Under the pieces are notes generated by a model. That model ran no database searches. It was given only the letters and a program-made list of their open reading frames with translations, and had not been told where the DNA came from. The position numbers were made by a program, and so were the translations under genes. Below, piece by piece: positions 35,777 through 41,612 of a stretch of DNA of 41,612 nt (positions are counted from its first letter, which is position 1; each line of letters begins with the position of its first letter). The stretch is from the sequence record SRR2962707_625. The stretch is one strand, 5' to 3'.

Positions 35777-36601
35777 ATGCTGACCGTTGAAACCCGGCAC
35801 GCCATTGATCCGGCCACCGCCAAAGGCCTCGACACTTCGGGACTGCGTTCGCATTTCCATGCCAGCGGGATTTTTGCCGATGGTGAGATCCGCCTCGTCT
35901 ACACACATTACGACCGTTTGATCCTTGGCGGCGCGGTCCCCGCTGGCGGCAAACTGACCCTCGACCATGTCAAGGAATGCGGCACTGCCTCCATTCTCGA
36001 CCGGCGGGAAATGGGCATTCTGAATATTGGCGACACCGGCACCGTTTCCGCTGGCGGAACCGATTACACGGTCAACAAGGGCGATGTGCTTTATCTGGGC
36101 ATGGGTTCTGGGCCGGTGACATTTGCGGGCAACGGCAGGTTTTATGTTCTCTCGGCACCGGCGCACAGAAGCTGCCCGAGCAAGCTGATCCGCATCGAGG
36201 ATGCGCGACGGGTGGAAATGGGCTCTGCGGAGACGTCCAACGAGCGCGTCATCCTGCAGTTCCTGCACCCCGAGGTGGCCGACAGCTGCCAGCTGCTGAT
36301 GGGATACACCCAGTTTGCTTCCGGCTCGGTCTGGAACACCATGCCGGCGCATCTGCATGACCGGCGGATGGAAGCCTATCTCTATTTCGAGCTTGGGCCT
36401 GAACAGCGGGTCTTCCACATCATGGGCCAGCCTGATGAAACCCGTCATATCGTGATGGCCAACGAGGAGGCTGTTATTTCTCCACCCTGGTCAATCCATT
36501 GCGGTGCGGGAACCGGCGCCTATACCTTCTGCTGGGCCATGGCCGGCGACAATGTCGATTTCACCGACATGGACATGGTGGCGATGGGAGACCTTCGGTG
36601 A
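35777..36601 (+). CDS. kduI: 5-dehydro-4-deoxy-D-glucuronate (DKI) isomerase
   Basis: YTHYDR, RREMG..NIG, WNTMPAHLHDRRME.YLYF, SPPWSIH and WAMAGDN. Confidence 0.93.
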   Translation: MLTVETRHAIDPATAKGLDTSGLRSHFHASGIFADGEIRLVYTHYDRLILGGAVPAGGKLTLDHVKECGTASILDRREMGILNIGDTGTVSAGGTDYTVNKGDVLYLGMGSGPVTFAGNGRFYVLSAPAHRSCPSKLIRIEDARRVEMGSAETSNERVILQFLHPEVADSCQLLMGYTQFASGSVWNTMPAHLHDRRMEAYLYFELGPEQRVFHIMGQPDETRHIVMANEEAVISPPWSIHCGAGTGAYTFCWAMAGDNVDFTDMDMVAMGDLR

Positions 36602-37326
36602 ATCCATTTTCGCTTGCTGGCAAGACAGCGCTGGTGACCGGTGCCAATACGGGTATCGGCCAGGCTATTGCCGTGGCCATGGGCCGGGCGGGGGCGCATG
36701 TTGTCTGCGCAGGGCGTCAATCCTGCGCCGAGACTGTCAGCCAGATAGCTGGCAGTCGCGAGCTCATCCTGGATTTCGCCGACCCCATGGCGGCGCGTGA
36801 CGTGTTCGCAAACGACAAGATCGATATTCTGGTCAACAATGCCGGTATTATCCGGCGCGATGATGCCGTCGATTTCAGCGAGAGTGACTGGGACGATGTG
36901 CTGAATGTGAACCTGAAGGCGGTGTTCTTCACCTGTCAGGCATTCGCCAGTGCGGTGTTTGACCGCAACGGGACTGGCAGCATTGTCAACATTGCTTCGC
37001 TGCTGGCAGTGCAGGGCGGGATACGAGTGCCCTCCTACACTGCATCCAAACATGGTGTTGCGGGGATTACCAAATCGCTGGCCAATGAGTGGGCGGTGAA
37101 AGGCATCAACGTCAACGCCATCGCGCCTGGCTACATTGCCACCAACAACACCGCAGACCTGATCAAGGACGAGGCCCGCAACAAGGCGATCCTGGAGCGT
37201 ATCCCCGCCGGCCGGTGGGGAGAGCCCGAAGACATCGGCGAGACGGCGGTGTTTCTGGCCTCACCAGCGGCGAAATACATTCATGGAACAGTTCTCAATG
37301 TTGATGGAGGCTGGCTTGCCCGCTGA
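36598..37326 (+). CDS. kduD: 2-dehydro-3-deoxy-D-gluconate 5-dehydrogenase (SDR)
   Basis: TGANTGIG, NNAGIIRR, QGGIRVPSYTASK and VDGGWLAR; GTGA overlap with kduI. Confidence 0.92.
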   Translation: MNPFSLAGKTALVTGANTGIGQAIAVAMGRAGAHVVCAGRQSCAETVSQIAGSRELILDFADPMAARDVFANDKIDILVNNAGIIRRDDAVDFSESDWDDVLNVNLKAVFFTCQAFASAVFDRNGTGSIVNIASLLAVQGGIRVPSYTASKHGVAGITKSLANEWAVKGINVNAIAPGYIATNNTADLIKDEARNKAILERIPAGRWGEPEDIGETAVFLASPAAKYIHGTVLNVDGGWLAR

Positions 37327-38764
37327 CACGCAAAGGCTTGAGCGGTCCGGAGCTGCAACAGCTGCGCCCGGGATCGTGCATCTCGGTCTGGGGGCATTCT
37401 TCCGGGCCTTCGGGGCCGTCTATGTAGAGGATGCCGTCAGGATTTCCGGCGGTGACTGGGGCATCATCGGCGTCAGCCTGCAAAGCCCAGGGACGCGGGA
37501 CAGGCTTGCGCCACAGGATTCCGTCTACACGGTCGTGACGCAGAACCCCGATGGCGGGGAAACCTTCCGCAAGGTCGAGATTGTTCAGAATGTGCTCGTT
37601 GCGCCTGAAGATCCGGAGGCCGTGCTGGCCGCAATGTCCAGCCCGGCGATCCGTCTTGTTACGCTGACAGTCACCGAGAAAGGCTACTGTCATGATCCAG
37701 CGACGGGCGCGCTGAACTTTGCCCATCCTGACATTGTCCATGACCTGGAAAATGCACTGCCGAGATCAGCTCCGGGCTTTCTGGTGCGGGCGCTGCAGCG
37801 GCGGCGTGATGCGGGACATCCACCTTTCACCGTGCTGACCTGTGACAATCTCCCCGAGAACGGCAAGCTGGTTCGCCGGGCGGTGCTGGACCTTGCGCGG
37901 AAGATTGATCCGCCGCTTGCCGACTGGATCGCAACCGAAGGGCGGTTTCCCTCGACAATGGTTGACCGGATTACACCGGCCACCAAGCCTGAAGATATCG
38001 ATCGGCTGGCGCAAAAAATCGGCTACCGGGATGAAGCGCCGGTGTTGTGCGAGCCGTTCCGGCAATGGGTGGTGGAGGATGATTTTGTTCCTGCCTATGG
38101 CACGGATGCGCGGCCGGATCTGGCTGCTGCCGGCGCGGAGATGGTTTCTGACGTCACACCTTATGAAAACATGAAGCTTCGGATGCTCAACGGCACTCAC
38201 TCTTCGCTTGCCTACCTGGGGTATCTTGCAGGCCATGAAAGCATCGCGGAAACCGTGGCTGATCCGGTTTTTGCAGCATACGTCAAGCAGTTGTGGCGGG
38301 AGGAAATCATACCATCCTTCACGCCTGCAGAGGGCGTCGATCTCGGGGCCTATGCCGATGCTCTTTTCGAGCGGTATTCCAATCCTGCCATCAGACATCG
38401 CACCTGGCAGATCGCCATGGACGGCAGTCAGAAACTGCCGCAGCGCATTCTTGCAACGATTGGAGACAATCTGGCTGCGGGGCGGAAGTGTCCTGGGCTG
38501 ATGCTCGCGGTTGCTGGATGGATGCACTACGTCGCCGGGATTGACGAGAAGGGCCAGCCGATCGACGTTAAGGACCCCTTGGCGCAACGCTTGCGCGAGC
38601 TGTCTGATGCAGCAGCCACACCGCAGCAAAAGGTGGCGGCCTTGCTGGCTGTGCGCGAGGTGTTCAGCGCCGGACTGGCGGCTGACCTGTCAGCACCGGT
38701 TACTGAAGCATACGGTTCAATGGGCGAGCTTGGTGCACGCAAAGCGATAGGGGAAATTCTGTGA
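37316..38764 (+). CDS. uxuB: D-mannonate oxidoreductase (mannitol dehydrogenase family)
   Basis: IVHLGLGAF.RA, TVTEKGY, CDNL, MVDRITP, KLRMLNG.H and QIAMDGSQKLPQR. The start is uncertain (TTG 37316 after GGAGG, or ATG 37304/37283). Confidence 0.85.
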   Translation: MPADTQRLERSGAATAAPGIVHLGLGAFFRAFGAVYVEDAVRISGGDWGIIGVSLQSPGTRDRLAPQDSVYTVVTQNPDGGETFRKVEIVQNVLVAPEDPEAVLAAMSSPAIRLVTLTVTEKGYCHDPATGALNFAHPDIVHDLENALPRSAPGFLVRALQRRRDAGHPPFTVLTCDNLPENGKLVRRAVLDLARKIDPPLADWIATEGRFPSTMVDRITPATKPEDIDRLAQKIGYRDEAPVLCEPFRQWVVEDDFVPAYGTDARPDLAAAGAEMVSDVTPYENMKLRMLNGTHSSLAYLGYLAGHESIAETVADPVFAAYVKQLWREEIIPSFTPAEGVDLGAYADALFERYSNPAIRHRTWQIAMDGSQKLPQRILATIGDNLAAGRKCPGLMLAVAGWMHYVAGIDEKGQPIDVKDPLAQRLRELSDAAATPQQKVAALLAVREVFSAGLAADLSAPVTEAYGSMGELGARKAIGEIL

Positions 38765-39948
38765 AGGAAAGCTGGCGTTGGTACGGGCCGCTCGACAAGA
38801 TTGCCCTCAGTGAGGTTTCGCAGACCGGGGCGTCGGGTATTGTTACGGCCCTTCACGAGGTTCCTTACGGCGAAATCTGGAACCGCGAGACGATCGCGGA
38901 CCGCAAAGCCGAAATCCGCTCCGCAGGCTTTGACTGGGTGGTGGTGGAGAGTTTGCCGATTCACGAACGGATCAAGCGCAACGATGGGGATCTGAGCGCG
39001 CTTTTTGCCAATTACCGGCAGTCCATGGCCAACCTTGCGGCTGAGGGTATCCATACGATCTGCTACAATTTCATGCCGCTGCTGGACTGGACCAGAACCG
39101 ACCTCGCCGCTCCGGTTAAGCGCGGCGGCAGTTGTCTGCGGTTCTCTGCGCCAAAAATGGCGGCTTTGGAACTCTATGTGATCGGCCGTGACCAAGCGCG
39201 CGCTGACTATCCGCCCGAAGTTATTGCGCAGGCCGAAAAATGGTACCAGGCCTCATCCGATGATGACCGGGCCGAGCTGATGCATTCGGTGATGTCCGGG
39301 CTGCCTGGCGCATACGACCGGTATGATGCGGACGGCTTGAAAGCCGCGCTGCAACTGTATCATGGCATCGACAGATCGGCCTTGCGGAGCCACCTGAGGC
39401 AGTTTCTCGACGAGGTGGTGCCTGCAGCCGAGGAACTCGGCATGCGCTTTTGCGTGCATCCCGATGATCCGCCGCGCGATATTCTGGGGCTGCCGCGGAT
39501 CGTCTCGGATGCCGACGACATCGCCTGGCTGCTTGGTGCCGTTGACAGCCCGGCCAATGGTCTGACGCTTTGCGCGGGCTCGCTGGGAGCCAATCCGAAG
39601 AACGACGTTCCGGCGATCGCCCACAGGTTCGCCGACAAAATTCATTTCGCTCATTTGCGCAATGTTCGAAAGGATCCGGACGGGTCGTTCGAGGAAGCGG
39701 CCCATCTCACCGGTGATACGGACATGGTCGAACTGGTGTCGGTGTTGCTGCAAGAAGAGCGGCGGCGACGCGATGGCGGGGTCGAACCATGGGAGATCCC
39801 GTTTCGTCCCGACCATGGGCACGAGCTTCTCGATGATGCGAGCCGCAATACGCATCCGGGCTATCCCTTGATCGGCCGCATGCGGGGACTTGCCGAATTG
39901 CGTGGCGTGATTGCCGGTCTTTCGTGGACCGGGACTTCGACCGGCTGA
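38761..39948 (+). CDS. uxuA: Mannonate dehydratase
   Basis: WRWYGP.D, VVES.P.HE.IK, CYNFMP..DW.RT, HPDDPP, HLRN, RPDHG and PGY..IGR. Confidence 0.93.
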   Translation: MKESWRWYGPLDKIALSEVSQTGASGIVTALHEVPYGEIWNRETIADRKAEIRSAGFDWVVVESLPIHERIKRNDGDLSALFANYRQSMANLAAEGIHTICYNFMPLLDWTRTDLAAPVKRGGSCLRFSAPKMAALELYVIGRDQARADYPPEVIAQAEKWYQASSDDDRAELMHSVMSGLPGAYDRYDADGLKAALQLYHGIDRSALRSHLRQFLDEVVPAAEELGMRFCVHPDDPPRDILGLPRIVSDADDIAWLLGAVDSPANGLTLCAGSLGANPKNDVPAIAHRFADKIHFAHLRNVRKDPDGSFEEAAHLTGDTDMVELVSVLLQEERRRRDGGVEPWEIPFRPDHGHELLDDASRNTHPGYPLIGRMRGLAELRGVIAGLSWTGTSTG

Positions 39949-40005
39949 TTTCGCCGTCACTTGCTCCTACGTTGATGTCTGTATTCGCCGTGGTGCTGGC
40001 AAGCG

Positions 40006-40476
40006 TCAGTTCCTAAGCTCGATCATGCTTGTTTCCTTGACCGATTCCATGACGGCGAAGGAATGGGTCTGCATCACGGAGGGCAGTTGGCTTATGCGTT
40101 CGCCAAGCAGTTCCCTGAACTCGTTGATGTTGCGGGTGCGGACTTTCAACATGTAATCAAACGGACCGGCAATCATCAGGCAGCTCTGCACTTCGGGGAT
40201 CAACCGGACTGCACGGTTGAAATCCTCAAGCGAGCTGTCGCTGGTTTTTGCCAGATTTACATGGACAATCATGACGTGGCCCATATCCACTTCCGTGGGG
40301 TCAATTTCCGCGCTGTATCCGGAAATAACGCCGTCACGCTCAAGTCGTTTCACCCGTTCGGAACACGGGGTTTTGGTTAAATGCACACGGTCGGCAAGAT
40401 CAACAATCGACATTCTGCCGTGCGCCTGCAATTCGTTGAGAATGCGACGATCAATAGGGTCCAAAATCCTTTTCAT
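40006..40476 (-). CDS. Lrp/AsnC-family transcriptional regulator
   Basis: LD.IDRRIL.ELQ..GR...LA..V.L..TPC..RVKRLE..G.I.GY; C-terminal RAM domain G.FDYMLKV. Confidence 0.92.
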   Translation of the reverse strand: MKRILDPIDRRILNELQAHGRMSIVDLADRVHLTKTPCSERVKRLERDGVISGYSAEIDPTEVDMGHVMIVHVNLAKTSDSSLEDFNRAVRLIPEVQSCLMIAGPFDYMLKVRTRNINEFRELLGERISQLPSVMQTHSFAVMESVKETSMIELRN

Positions 40477-40695
40477 CTGGTCTTTTTTCCTTGCATTTCC
40501 TGTTTTTTGGCCGATTGTTTTGAATGTAGACCAATAAAAGGTCCATAGACTAGTCTTTTCGACTAAAATTGTTGAGCGGGGTAACCCGATTTATATTCGT
40601 GTTTCGATGTCGGATTTGAATTTTGAATTGGTCGTATTGAGTTTTGTTTCCGGCAACGGGCATGTTTTTGAAAAGCAATAAGAGAGGGACTTGAA

Positions 40696-41133
40696 ATGAC
40701 AACAAAACTGGTTGTTGGCCTGGATGGCCACGGGTCAGGTGAACGCGCCTTGGCCTATGCGGAGCGACTGGCAAAGCTCATCGGGGATTGCGAACTGATG
40801 ATCGTCTATGTGGTGGAATGGTCGCCCTATTCGTTCCAGACGGCGGAAGAGAACGCCCAGCGTCACAAGCGCCGTGAAGAAGAGATCTCAACGGCTACGC
40901 AACGGGTCATCGATCCGGCTGTCACCAAGGTGCAGGCGGCCGGGCTCAAGGCGACGGGCAAGGTTCGGCATGGCGATGTTGCGTCAATCCTGATGGCTGT
41001 GGCGGAAGAAGAAAAGGCCGAACAGATCATTGTCAGCCGGTCTTCGGAAGGCGGTTTTGCCAAACGTTTCTTCGGCAGCGCGACCTCCAATCTTGTGATG
41101 CACGCAGGCGTGCCGGTCACCGTTGTCAATTGA
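40696..41133 (+). CDS. Universal stress protein (UspA family)
   Basis: LVVGLDG...ERAL..A, HGD and FFGS....LV.HA.VPVTVV. Confidence 0.88.
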   Translation: MTTKLVVGLDGHGSGERALAYAERLAKLIGDCELMIVYVVEWSPYSFQTAEENAQRHKRREEEISTATQRVIDPAVTKVQAAGLKATGKVRHGDVASILMAVAEEEKAEQIIVSRSSEGGFAKRFFGSATSNLVMHAGVPVTVVN

Positions 41134-41144
41134 GGGTTTTTGTC

Positions 41145-41612
41145 ATGACACTATTTAGAACAATGATGTTGTCTGCGATTGCGGCAACAGGGATGAGCAG
41201 TGCTGCGGTCGCGCAGGAAGCCATGACGCTCGACCAGAAGGTCAACGAGATCTTCGCGGCCGTCACCGGCCCGTTTGTCAGCCTTATCTTTGCGCCGCTT
41301 CCGGGCACCAGCTTTCCCTGGATCGTGATGTGGCTGGTGATTGCTGCTTCCATTTTCACGATCTATTTCGGCTTCGTGCAGTTCCGTTTCTTTGGTCACG
41401 CCATCGGGCTGGTGAAGGGCGATTATTCGGATCCCAACGATGCGGGTGAGGTCAGCCACTTCCAGGCGCTGGCAACAGCGCTGTCGGGTACCGTCGGTCT
41501 CGGCAATATCGCAGGTGTTGCGGTTGCCGTTGGCATCGGCGGACCCGGGGCTACGTTCTGGATGATCCTGGCAGGCTTGCTGGGCATGGCGTCCAAATTC
41601 ACCGAATGTACG
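41145..41612 (+). CDS. Alanine/glycine:cation symporter (AGCS family), 3'-truncated by the window edge
   Basis: Absent from the ORF track because it has no stop codon in the window. Manual translation from ATG 41145 gives ...SHFQALATALSGTVGLGNIAGVAVAVGIGGPGATFWM..AGLLGMASKF.EC, the AGCS signature. Confidence 0.9.
   Translation, partial: MTLFRTMMLSAIAATGMSSAAVAQEAMTLDQKVNEIFAAVTGPFVSLIFAPLPGTSFPWIVMWLVIAASIFTIYFGFVQFRFFGHAIGLVKGDYSDPNDAGEVSHFQALATALSGTVGLGNIAGVAVAVGIGGPGATFWMILAGLLGMASKFTECT

Noticed and set aside
1-41612. CRISPR arrays, tRNA/rRNA genes, known riboswitches, anti-phage defence genes
   Set aside because: I saw no periodic repeats or recognisable RNA-gene signatures by eye. Intergenic gaps are short. 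An Infernal/Rfam scan would be needed to exclude small RNAs.

Overview
This is a GC-rich (about 60% by eye) alphaproteobacterial, Rhizobiales-like chromosomal segment built from five gene blocks. (1) 1-9570 is a copper-homeostasis island: a P1B-ATPase (5'-truncated), cueR, a cytochrome c, a His/Cys-rich ORF ending in ERPP, a small lipoprotein, a TolC-like lipoprotein, two multicopper oxidases, a cupredoxin, a CusF-like protein and an uncharacterised membrane protein. Two MerR/CueR-type promoters are visible. (2) 9828-23910 is the most unusual block. A PotABCD-type polyamine ABC transporter, a PuuB-like FAD oxidoreductase and two aldehyde dehydrogenases are clustered with two paralogous GT1-like glycosyltransferases that lack the canonical catalytic His, an AmgK-like anomeric sugar kinase, three DUF861-like cupins and a tandem-HTH GntR regulator. 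No gamma-glutamylation genes are present. (3) 24090-29422 is a ytfQRT-yjfF galactofuranose-type ABC transporter plus a FadR-type regulator. (4) 29457-39948 is a hexuronate catabolism cluster (kdgK, GntR, uxaC, TRAP, kdgF-like, kduI, kduD, uxuB, uxuA). (5) 40006-end holds an Lrp/AsnC regulator divergent from a universal stress protein and a 3'-truncated alanine/glycine:cation symporter. I saw no rRNA, tRNA, CRISPR array, integrase or transposase. All family calls come from motif recognition by eye, not from database searches.
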